Shown: positions 16,947-25,618 of the stretch, one piece after another | Layout of the letters: every line of letters begins with the position of its first letter | Numbering within the stretch: the first letter of the stretch is position 1 | Assembly: GCA_045863235.1 (NCBI GenBank) | Contig: BTUM01000006.1 | Location: 1 to 64,000, forward strand | DNA: 64,000 nt | Direction: 5' to 3' | From: Candidatus Xenobia bacterium | Lineage (GTDB): Bacteria > Vulcanimicrobiota > Xenobia > Xenobiales > QWHO01 | The notes under the pieces: model-generated | Databases searched by the model: none | Seen by the model: the letters and a program-made list of their open reading frames with translations, nothing else | Told to the model about the DNA's origin: nothing | Program-made: the position numbers and the translations under genes

Positions 16947-17170
16947 GTCAGAAAAGGGCCTTCCAGCCGGGGCTTGCTCTCTCGCCGCCCGCTCGTCCGA
17001 GCGCTCGCCCAGAAAGACCAGGAGACAGACCAGGGGCGCACGCGCCGGGCCTGCCCTCGCGCCTCCTGGCCGCGACCTTCCAGAGGCCCTCCAGGAACCT
17101 GTTGAGCATCGGCTTGATCGTTTCTCGCCCTGCCGGGCCTTCCTTCTGACCGGACGCTCAGCACGCGAGC

Positions 17171-18253
17171 TCAGGCCTGGCTCAAGAAGGACGCCACCGC
17201 GCGGGCGACCCGCCGCCCGGCCTGCCCGTCCCAGAGATCGGGGCAGCGACCGGTGCGGTAACTTCCCTGCCAGAGCGCCTCGACGGCACGGTGAAAGCGC
17301 TCCGGGTCGCGGCCGACGAGTGTGTTGCTGCCCTCGGTCTGGGTGATGGGACGCTCGGTGTTCTCTCGCAGCGTCAGGCAGGGGATGCTCAGAGCCGTGG
17401 TCTCCTCCTGGATTCCTCCCGAGTCGGTCAGCACGAGCCGGCTCCGGGACAGGAGCGAAAGGAACGGGAGGTAGCCCATCGGCTCGATCAGGTGCAGGCG
17501 CTCTGTTTGGGCCCGGAGTCCCTCCTGCTGGAGAGACCGGGCGGTGCGCGGGTGCACCGGAAAAACGACCGGCAGCCGCTCGGTCAGTTCGGCTGCCAGG
17601 GAGAGAGCAGCCTTCAGGTCTTCGGCCAGGTCCACATTGGATGGACGGTGCAGGGTCAGCACGGCGTAGTCGCCCTTCAGGCCCAGAGCGCCCGCCGCGT
17701 CCAGCTCTCGGGCCCGAGGCAGGTGCTTGAGCAGAGCGTCGATCATCACGTTGCCGACCAGGAGCCCCTCTCGCCCCTCGCGGCGCAGGTTTTCCAACCC
17801 GCTTGGCTCAGAGACGAGCAAGAGGTCAGAAATGGAGTCGGTGACGATGCGGTGGATCTCTTCGGGCATGCTCTTGTCGAAGCTGCGCAAGCCGGCTTCG
17901 ACGTGAATGACCGGGATGTTCAGTCGGGCCGAAGCCAGGGCACAGGCCATGGTTGAGCTCACGTCGCCCACCACCAGAGTGGCCGCGGGCCTCTCGGCCT
18001 GCTCGAGCAGCCAGCCCTCGTAGGCGGCCATGATCCGTGCGGCCTGGTGCTCGTGAGGGCCGATGCCCAGGTTGACGTCCGGGTCGGGCAAGCCGAGCTC
18101 GCGGAAGAACCGACCGCTCATCCGCTCATCCGAATGCTGGCCGGAGTGCAGCAGGGTGAGCGAGATCTCGGCGGCCTCCTGACGGAATCCCTCCAGGATC
18201 GCGGCCATCTTGACGAAGTTGGGCCGCGCGCCGACCACGCAGATCACCCGCAT
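17171..18253 (-). CDS. wecB: UDP-N-acetylglucosamine 2-epimerase (non-hydrolysing)
   Basis: VVGARPNFVK, HSGQH, VVGDVSST, HVEAGLRSFD, MPEE, TLHRPSNVD, TDSGGIQEE, LRENTERP, WDG. Confidence 0.95.
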   Translation of the reverse strand: MRVICVVGARPNFVKMAAILEGFRQEAAEISLTLLHSGQHSDERMSGRFFRELGLPDPDVNLGIGPHEHQAARIMAAYEGWLLEQAERPAATLVVGDVSSTMACALASARLNIPVIHVEAGLRSFDKSMPEEIHRIVTDSISDLLLVSEPSGLENLRREGREGLLVGNVMIDALLKHLPRARELDAAGALGLKGDYAVLTLHRPSNVDLAEDLKAALSLAAELTERLPVVFPVHPRTARSLQQEGLRAQTERLHLIEPMGYLPFLSLLSRSRLVLTDSGGIQEETTALSIPCLTLRENTERPITQTEGSNTLVGRDPERFHRAVEALWQGSYRTGRCPDLWDGQAGRRVARAVASFLSQA

Positions 18254-18538
18254 GTCTGGTATTCTCTCTCTCGAGCAGTATTCTGGCCGGTTTGTGACAA
18301 CCAGGCTCAGGTTCCTGGAATCTCCCCAGTGGCACAGTCCGTGACCTGGTCACAGAGTCCTTCCGGGCTCGCCAGATCCAGGGCTCTCGCCGCCGGCCGT
18401 GGGGTTTGCCCGCGCCGGCAGCATGCGGTTCGGACCCGGTGCCACGTTCGTCAAGCTCCCCTGGAGCTCGGCCCCCGATGGGCTCCGGCAGCGAGTCCAG
18501 GAGGGATTTTCAAGCATTTCGTGGTAGCTAAGAAGGCT

Positions 18539-20152
18539 ATGAAACCAGATCCTGCAGGCAAGGCTCGCAGTGAAGCCCGTCCCGGGCTCCACTCGCTGCT
18601 CTTGCTGCTGGCCTTGCTGGCTCTGGGCAACGCCTGCCTGGCCCAGGAGACGCAGTCCTCCCGGCGCAAGTTTCTGGCTTCCGTGCCCCGGCGGGTGGAA
18701 GCCAATCCCAGCACCGAGGAGCGAGTGGACCCCCTGTTGCCGCTGGTGGATCCGGCCAGCTACCGGTTGGGACCGGGCGACTCCGTACAGCTGACTTTGA
18801 GCTACCCGGGAGGGCAGACGCAAACGGTCGACCAGATCGTCGACCCGCAGGGCTCCATCCTGTGTTACCAGTTAGGCAACATCCGCGTGGGGGGACTCAC
18901 CCTGGCCCAGACCCAGGGCATGATGCGCAAGAAGCTCGGCGAGTATTATAAGAGCTTCGATCTGGGCTTGCGTCTGACACGGGTGCGCCGCTTTCCCATT
19001 CAGGTCACCGGCGAGGTGGTCAACCCGGGCGTCTATCAGGCCAACGGCGTGATGGGCGTGGCCGAGGCCCTGGTGGACGCAGGCGGCTTTCTGGATGCCG
19101 GCTCGATGCGCCGGGTGGCCCTGGTGGATGCCCGGACCAACAAGAAGCTCCGCGAGCTGGACATGCTGCGCTGGCTGGTCCAGGGCGATCAGTCCAACAA
19201 TCCCACCCTGATGCCCGGGCAGCTGGTGGTGGTGCCCAAGCTCGAGCAGCAGGTCTCCCTGTCGGGCCTGGTCTACGAAGCAGGCACCTTTGAGACCTTG
19301 CCGGGCGAGACCTTGCGCAGCTTGATGCAGCTGGCCGGAGCCCTGCCCCCTGTAGCAGACCTCTCCAGCGTTCAGGTGGGCCGCATGACCCCTGACGGCG
19401 ACCGAGAGCTGCTGCGCCTCAACCTCGAGTCGCCCGATAGCCCCGACTGGAGCTTTGCCCTCGCCAACGGCGACCAGCTGGTCTTCACCGACCGCACCCT
19501 GAGCCAGGGTCGGGTGCTGGTAGTCGGCGAGCTGGCCGCGCCCGGCTTTTTCCCCACCGTCAAGAACGCCTCCACCGGCGCCGAGGAGGTTCAGCGGCGC
19601 GGGCTCTTCCGTCTCAAGAAAGGTCAGCGCCTCTCCGACCTGGTCTCGACTCTGGGCGGCCCAACCCCCCGGGCCGACTTCGAGCACGCCATGCTCGAGC
19701 GCACCGGGCCCTCCGGGGAATTGCTGGAGATCCCGGTCGATCTGGCCTTCGTCATGGCCAACCGCCAGAGCGAGCAGGACCTGCTGCTCGAGGATGGCGA
19801 CACCCTGCGAGTCCCTCCCAAAGCGGACAATGTCTTCGTGGTCGGTCACGCGGTGCGGCCCGGCTCGTATCCCTATGTCAGCGGCTACGGCGTGCGCGAG
19901 TATCTGGCTCTGGCCGGCGGCACCACCTCCTCAGCCTCCACCAACCACGGCCGTCTGATCCGTCGCCTCCCGGGACAGCCACCGGTGGTGTGGGAGATGG
20001 ACCTGCTGCAGGTCATGGAGGAGGGCTACGAGCCGGCCGTCAGCATGCGTCCGGGCGACATCATCTACATCCCGCTGCACCAGCCCTTCCTGCAGGACAT
20101 CCTGCCGGTATTCAACTCGGCTCTCTTTCTGCGCTCGGTGGTGAACCCGTGA
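18539..20152 (+). CDS. Polysaccharide export protein with SLBB repeats (Wza/KpsD-like)
   Basis: Signal peptide; YRLGPGD Poly_export motif; repeated V.GEV..PG.Y / L.DGD.L.VP SLBB units; start MKPDP inferred. Confidence 0.88.
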   Translation: MKPDPAGKARSEARPGLHSLLLLLALLALGNACLAQETQSSRRKFLASVPRRVEANPSTEERVDPLLPLVDPASYRLGPGDSVQLTLSYPGGQTQTVDQIVDPQGSILCYQLGNIRVGGLTLAQTQGMMRKKLGEYYKSFDLGLRLTRVRRFPIQVTGEVVNPGVYQANGVMGVAEALVDAGGFLDAGSMRRVALVDARTNKKLRELDMLRWLVQGDQSNNPTLMPGQLVVVPKLEQQVSLSGLVYEAGTFETLPGETLRSLMQLAGALPPVADLSSVQVGRMTPDGDRELLRLNLESPDSPDWSFALANGDQLVFTDRTLSQGRVLVVGELAAPGFFPTVKNASTGAEEVQRRGLFRLKKGQRLSDLVSTLGGPTPRADFEHAMLERTGPSGELLEIPVDLAFVMANRQSEQDLLLEDGDTLRVPPKADNVFVVGHAVRPGSYPYVSGYGVREYLALAGGTTSSASTNHGRLIRRLPGQPPVVWEMDLLQVMEEGYEPAVSMRPGDIIYIPLHQPFLQDILPVFNSALFLRSVVNP

Positions 20153-21480
20153 GCGAGTCGGTCTGGCAACCGGGAGACCTCAAGCGGCTGCTCGGCCTCA
20201 CCTTTCTGGGAGCGCTGGTGGGGCTGGTGCTGGCCCTGGTATTGCCCAAGAAGTACGAGGCCGTCGCTACCGTCATCTTCCCTCGTGTGAGCGCCGGGCT
20301 GATGGATATCGCCCGGCCGGCCGAGGATGAATCCAATCAGGCGGTCAGCACCCTGGCCATCTCGCGCGGGCGCCAGCCCACCGTCGAGTATGCCTCCTCC
20401 ATTCTCAGCAGCCGCAGCGCCGCCCGCAAAGTCAGCCAGGAGCTCGACCTGATCAAGCACTGGGAGATGGACGACGAGAAGGACGTGCTGCGCGAGTTCT
20501 CCGACCGGCTTCAGGTCCAGAAGCTCTCGCGCGACAACAAGATGATCATCCGCTTTCGCGATCGCGACCCGAAAATCGCTGAGAAAGCTCTGGACGGGCT
20601 GCTGCGCGAATACTACGACTACACCCGCGAGCACGCCCTGACCGGCATCAAGAAGCAGCGCTTGTTCCTCGACGAGCAAGTGCGACTGAGCAGCGAGCAC
20701 CTGGCCAGCGTGGAGAAGGAGTGGACCCGCTTCAAGACCAGTGCCGGCACCAAGCTGGTGCGGGAGAACCCGGCCATCCTGACCGACTTGATGGCCCAGC
20801 ACACGCGCAGCGCCAGCGAAGTGGACCAGCTCAACACTTTGCTGCGTGAGCTGCAGACCAGCAAGCAAGAGGTGGTTGGGGAGCTGGCCGGCTCGCCCAT
20901 CTTCCCCACCGACGACCCGCTCCTGCAGCGCCTGCAGTCCGATCTCACCAACGCCCAGGTGGAGGAGGAGAACCTGCTCCTGGCCCGCACCCCCAAGCAC
21001 CCGGACGTGGTGGCGGCTCACTCGAGGGTGGTCAACCTGCGTCAGGCTCTGGAGAAGCGGCGCCTGGAGCTGTCCGCTGCCTACGCCACCGGCTTGAGTC
21101 AGGAGCTGATCGTGGCCCGCTCTCAGGCCGAGGCCGCCGAGGCTCGCAAGAAGGAGATCGACAAGCAGCTCGAGCGCTTCACCCGCGAGTTCAGCGCCGT
21201 GCCGGCGGCCGAGATGGAGAATCTCTCCTACCGGGACAAGTACGAGCTCTCCCGCGAGCTGAATCGACTTTTGCAACTCGAGTTGAGCAAGGCGCGCATC
21301 GCCGAGTCGCTCGACACGGTCGACCTGGAGGTGCTCGACCCGCCCGAGGCCGACAACAAGCCGGCTTTTCCCAAGAAGTCCTGGTTTACGCTGGGGGGGG
21401 CGCTGGCGGGGCTGGGCCTGGGTTGCTTCTTGCTTTACCGCCGTCAGCAGCTCGCCCTCGTAGAAAAGCCCCTCGATTGA
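20149..21480 (+). CDS. Polysaccharide chain-length determinant / co-polymerase (Wzz/GumC-like)
   Basis: N- and C-terminal TM helices, PKKYEA, coiled coil with HPDV, VLDPP...P.FPKK; GTG start overlapping the upstream TGA. Confidence 0.88.
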   Translation: MSESVWQPGDLKRLLGLTFLGALVGLVLALVLPKKYEAVATVIFPRVSAGLMDIARPAEDESNQAVSTLAISRGRQPTVEYASSILSSRSAARKVSQELDLIKHWEMDDEKDVLREFSDRLQVQKLSRDNKMIIRFRDRDPKIAEKALDGLLREYYDYTREHALTGIKKQRLFLDEQVRLSSEHLASVEKEWTRFKTSAGTKLVRENPAILTDLMAQHTRSASEVDQLNTLLRELQTSKQEVVGELAGSPIFPTDDPLLQRLQSDLTNAQVEEENLLLARTPKHPDVVAAHSRVVNLRQALEKRRLELSAAYATGLSQELIVARSQAEAAEARKKEIDKQLERFTREFSAVPAAEMENLSYRDKYELSRELNRLLQLELSKARIAESLDTVDLEVLDPPEADNKPAFPKKSWFTLGGALAGLGLGCFLLYRRQQLALVEKPLD

Positions 21481-22702
21481 CGATCAGCCAGGCCAGCGCC
21501 ACGCCGGGCACCACCATCACGATGCCGTAGGGCGAATAGATCGGCTCGCGGAAGCTGGTCTGGGTCCAGTAGTAGGCAGCCACCAGCGTCTGCATGAAAA
21601 CCCCGAATCCGAGCGGGCCCCGGTAGTCGCGAAAGCGTGCCAGAGCAGCCAGGCAGACGGAGATGGCCAGCACGCACAGGGTGGCCCCGAACAGCCCTCC
21701 CTGGTAGTAGGCGGTGACGTGCGAAGAGGCCGGGCAGTTCCCTTCCAGTCCCGCCAGCTTGTAACGGCCGTAGTACATGACCTGGTAGACAAACCTGGTC
21801 AGGGGAATGTCCTCTCCGCCTGGTGAGGGATAGAGGCCGTAGTAAAAGGGAAAGCTCGAGGCCATGCGCAGGAAGATCAGGTTGAGGGTCATCTCCAGGT
21901 TCCAGTCGTCGAACACCGCGCTCTGGATCAGATAGAGGATGGCCACCGGCAAGCCTACCAGCAGGGAGGCCGTCTTGAGCAAGATGACGCGCAGCTGGAG
22001 CATGGCCATGATGACGAGCATGAGATAGAGGATCAGGATGGACTTTTGCAGCGTGAGCATGTCCAGTATCAGCACCACCAGAGCCGAGAAGATGAACATG
22101 GCCCAGTCGCGCAGTCGGTCGCCCCGGGCCGCATTCCACAAGAGCGCGAAGCTGAGCATGGGCAGTGTGATGAAGAGCAGGCCGTAAAAGGGCCCGGGCA
22201 CCCGGCTGGCCTGCTCGCCCCGGCTTTCGATGAGGGCCAGCGCATCGCTTCGTCCCGAGGCGAGCACCGTGCCCACCTCGCCCAGAGCGGCCAGGGCCGC
22301 GAAGACCGCCAGAGCCAGGCTCAAGAAGGCCAGCAACAGCGCCCAGGAGGGGACGGACGGCTCGAGCAGCTGCTCGGCCCGGGTGGAGAGGCTCAGATGC
22401 ATGGTTTGCGCAAAGCGTCGGCAGGCCTGGGCCAGGAAGGGCACCAGCAAAGGCAGCACCAGCAGAATCCAGAAGGAGGGACGGTTCAGCTCGCCCAGCT
22501 CGGAGACCTCGATAGAGGCGCCCCAGTCGTAGAGCACCTCGCCATCGGTCAAGCCGATCATCACCGTGCCGATGTAGGTGGTCACGAAGTAGAAGCCGAG
22601 GTAGACGGCCACCAGGGGGCGGAGCCTGGCGTCGGCCTGGCGCCAGCCCAGGAAGCCCACGGCCAGGTAGAAGATCAACCAGAGCCAGAAGGCGAGGTTC
22701 AC
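21386..22702 (-). CDS. Putative O-antigen/polysaccharide polymerase (Wzy-like) membrane protein
   Basis: Multi-TM protein (VNLAFWLW... start, GTGA overlap with the glycosyltransferase stop) inside a polysaccharide locus; function from context. Confidence 0.6.
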   Translation of the reverse strand: MNLAFWLWLIFYLAVGFLGWRQADARLRPLVAVYLGFYFVTTYIGTVMIGLTDGEVLYDWGASIEVSELGELNRPSFWILLVLPLLVPFLAQACRRFAQTMHLSLSTRAEQLLEPSVPSWALLLAFLSLALAVFAALAALGEVGTVLASGRSDALALIESRGEQASRVPGPFYGLLFITLPMLSFALLWNAARGDRLRDWAMFIFSALVVLILDMLTLQKSILILYLMLVIMAMLQLRVILLKTASLLVGLPVAILYLIQSAVFDDWNLEMTLNLIFLRMASSFPFYYGLYPSPGGEDIPLTRFVYQVMYYGRYKLAGLEGNCPASSHVTAYYQGGLFGATLCVLAISVCLAALARFRDYRGPLGFGVFMQTLVAAYYWTQTSFREPIYSPYGIVMVVPGVALAWLIVNRGAFLRGRAADGGKARSNPGPAPPAPPPA

Positions 22703-24336
22703 GGCAGCGCCTCCAGGATGGCAGCCACGTGATGACGCCAGGTATAACGTGCCAGCACGGCCTGTCGGGCCGCGAGACCGAGACGGCCGCGCAACTCCGG
22801 GTGGAGCACCAGGAGCTCGAGACCCTTCAGCAGGCTGTTCACCGAGCCCGGCTCGCACAAGACAGCCACCGCATCGTTGGTGACCGGTTGACCCACCCGC
22901 AGGGCAGGTTGCAGCACCTCGCCGAGCTGCTCGAGATCGGAAGCCAGGATGGCCTTGCCGGTCGCCATGTACTCGAAGAGCTTGGTGGGAGAGCCGAAGA
23001 ATCGGCTGCCATCGGGATTGGGGACGTGGGGCGAGAGCAGGATGTCGCACAGCGCCAGGTAATCGCCCGCCTCGGCCTGGGGCACCAGGCCCGTCAGGGT
23101 GCAGTTGGGGACGTCCTCGAGCAGCTGGCGCACCCGGGGCAGGCCCAGCCCTTCCCCGATTAAGAGAAAGTGCACCGAGCGCAGGCTTTGCCAGCGCGGG
23201 TCGTCGTGCAGGGTGGCGATGGCCTCGGCCAGCACCTCCACACCGTGCCAGGGCCCGAAGGTGCCCAGATAGCCGGCCACCAGGGTCTCGGGAGCCAGGC
23301 CCAATCGCTCGCGCAGACCGCTTACCGGGCGGGGAGCATAGAGCTCGGGGTCGACCCCGTTGGGATGCATGACGATCCGCTCGGGCTCCACCCCTCGGGC
23401 TTGCAGTTCTTCGGCCAGCACCCTGGAGGGTGTCACGATCAGGTCGGCGTGGCGCAGATTGACCCGCTCCATCAGATCCACCAGCCCCAGAAGAGACGAC
23501 TTGCGGCTCCAGACGCGGCGGATCCAGCTTTCCGAGCCGTTGTACTCCAGCACCAGAGGTTTTTGGAGGGCGCGCGCCAGCTTGATTCCCAGCAGGTTGC
23601 ACAGCGACAGGCGCTGGTAGAGAAAGCCGCATCGGCCAGGCGAGGGGGAAGCGCAGAGCTGGGCGTGGGCCCGGTGCTCCAGACGAAAGAGATTGAGCTC
23701 GGGCGGGAAGCCGAAGCCGGAAGGCATGGACAAAAGCTCTGATTGCACCGGGTGCTTGAGCAGGGGCAGGGGCTCGGAGGTGTAGAGCTGCACCGGGATG
23801 CCCAGTTCGCCGAAAGCGTTGATCACGCCCACCGTGTGGGCCAAGGACCCGCCGGCCTTCAAGCCCAGGCTCAGGCTGGGCCGGAGGTAACCCACCGGGG
23901 CCCCGGGCTCACGCCGCCTGGGGCGGTGGCGCGGGAGGCTGAGCAAGAAGAGCGATTCGGCCAGGCTGCGCAGCAGGCTGAGCCATCCTCCGATCGACTC
24001 AAGGGCCAGACGGATGGCGGAGGTTGCCAGTTGCCAGCGGGAGACGCTCTGGCAGTCGAGCTCGCGGGTCAGCTCGGCCACCCGACGCGTGCCCGAGCAG
24101 AGGGCGACCACCCGCAGGAGCGAGGACAGGGCCTGGCTCGCGCTCTGGCTGTCCGTCTCGACGTAGAGGTAGAGGGGTGAGCGCAGCGCACGGAGCCTCC
24201 TGAGGCTCTTGCGCCAGCCCATATGGCGCAGTTCGTCCAGGGTGAGGAGGCTGAGGTCGGTCAGGGAGAGGCGCTCGCAGATGCTCCGCAGGCGCTCTGC
24301 GGGCAGGCTGGCGGCCGTCAAGATGACCGCCTTCAC
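22699..24336 (-). CDS. Glycosyltransferase family 4 with N-terminal extension
   Basis: LEYNGSE.W, PNGVDP, GYLGTFGPWHGVE, FFGSPTKLFEYMA.GKAILASDL; GTG start coupled to the flippase stop. Confidence 0.9.
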   Translation of the reverse strand: MKAVILTAASLPAERLRSICERLSLTDLSLLTLDELRHMGWRKSLRRLRALRSPLYLYVETDSQSASQALSSLLRVVALCSGTRRVAELTRELDCQSVSRWQLATSAIRLALESIGGWLSLLRSLAESLFLLSLPRHRPRRREPGAPVGYLRPSLSLGLKAGGSLAHTVGVINAFGELGIPVQLYTSEPLPLLKHPVQSELLSMPSGFGFPPELNLFRLEHRAHAQLCASPSPGRCGFLYQRLSLCNLLGIKLARALQKPLVLEYNGSESWIRRVWSRKSSLLGLVDLMERVNLRHADLIVTPSRVLAEELQARGVEPERIVMHPNGVDPELYAPRPVSGLRERLGLAPETLVAGYLGTFGPWHGVEVLAEAIATLHDDPRWQSLRSVHFLLIGEGLGLPRVRQLLEDVPNCTLTGLVPQAEAGDYLALCDILLSPHVPNPDGSRFFGSPTKLFEYMATGKAILASDLEQLGEVLQPALRVGQPVTNDAVAVLCEPGSVNSLLKGLELLVLHPELRGRLGLAARQAVLARYTWRHHVAAILEALP

Positions 24337-25535
24337 GCCGTTCTCCGGCGGATCAGGTAGAGCTGGCCGACAGGGAGAATCAGACTGGCCAGGCTGAGAG
24401 CCGCGGCGGCGCCGGCGGCCTGGTAGCGGGGAGTGAGCCACAAACTCAGCCCCAGCGTAGCCAGCAGGGTGAGCAGCCAGCAGCCCAGGTAGGCCAGAGG
24501 TCGTCCAAAGGAGCTGAAGAAGGGACTGAGGAGAGCCGAGACGGTCCAGCACAAGATGGCCGGCATGATGAGTCGGCAGGCCGAGGCGGCCGGCAGGTAG
24601 TCGGGTCCGAAGACGGCTGCGATCAGCATCGGGAGCAGGGGGGTGAGAAGGGCCAGACCCAGGCCCAGAGCCCCCACAGCCGTGCCCAGGGTGGCCATGC
24701 AGAGCCGCAGGCCCTCCTCGGGGCTGCGCTGGCACAGGCGCGGCAGCAGCACGGCTGCGGTCAGGGACGGCAGCATCAGGCAGATGTCGAAGAGCTGGGT
24801 GGCTACCGAGAAATAGCCGATCTCGGCCGGGTTGGCCTGACTGCCCAGGACGTAGATGGACAGTCGGTAGGTCAGGAACGTGAGCACACAGGCCACGTAA
24901 GAGCGCCAGGCCAACGACCAGCCATCGCGAAAGAGCGGCCAGTCGTAGGCTCGGGGCGGCGGGCCGGGCAGGCCGGCCCAGAGGGCCAGGTTGAAAACCG
25001 TCTTGGCCACCAGCACGCCGAGCAGGCAGCTCGTGGGAGTGGGAGCGATAACCAGGGCCCCGGCCAGCCCCAGAAAGATGGCCAGGTCGTGCAGCACGCT
25101 GATCAGGTTGTAGCGGCCCAGGTTGCCCTCGGCCAGCACCAGGTTGGAGGCCAGCACGTAGAAGAGGAGGCCTGGGACGAGCAGGCCCGCCACCCACACC
25201 CCGGGCCCGGCCCAGGAAGTGGACAGGACGGCACTGGCCAGCAGGCCCGCCGCGCCCCCGAGTCCCAACGAGATGAGGGTGGAGTTGCGCGCCAGCTGGG
25301 GAAAGAGCTCGCGATTGCGGGCCAACTGCACGGTCTGGCTGGTCTGTAGCCCCAGGGCACAGAACTGGTAGACGGTCAGCGCGAAGGTGTAGAGGTAGAC
25401 GAAGTCGCCTCGCCCCTGGGGGCCGAGCTTGCGAGCCACCAGGACATGGGTGAGCGTCACCAGGACCAGGGCCAGACCGCGCGCTGCGGCCACCCGGGCC
25501 ACGTCGCGCAGGAGGCTGGTAAGATTTTTCAGCAT
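24333..25535 (-). CDS. Wzx-type polysaccharide flippase
   Basis: ARKLGPQGRG, GYFSVA, FGPDY.PA, PRY.A.GAA; many TM segments. Confidence 0.85.
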   Translation of the reverse strand: MLKNLTSLLRDVARVAAARGLALVLVTLTHVLVARKLGPQGRGDFVYLYTFALTVYQFCALGLQTSQTVQLARNRELFPQLARNSTLISLGLGGAAGLLASAVLSTSWAGPGVWVAGLLVPGLLFYVLASNLVLAEGNLGRYNLISVLHDLAIFLGLAGALVIAPTPTSCLLGVLVAKTVFNLALWAGLPGPPPRAYDWPLFRDGWSLAWRSYVACVLTFLTYRLSIYVLGSQANPAEIGYFSVATQLFDICLMLPSLTAAVLLPRLCQRSPEEGLRLCMATLGTAVGALGLGLALLTPLLPMLIAAVFGPDYLPAASACRLIMPAILCWTVSALLSPFFSSFGRPLAYLGCWLLTLLATLGLSLWLTPRYQAAGAAAALSLASLILPVGQLYLIRRRTA

Positions 25536-25618
25536 GGGCTCCAGGGGAGCTTTTCGCCTCGGCGGGCGGGGATTCCTGATGGCAGGATCTCTGGCCCGCT
25601 TCGTAAACGCCTTCACAG

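Noticed and set aside
18341..18353. Palindrome GTGACC-T-GGTCAC in the wecB/wza divergent region as a CRP/FNR site
   Set aside because: Half-site spacing is 5 rather than 6 and it occurs once; not supportable.
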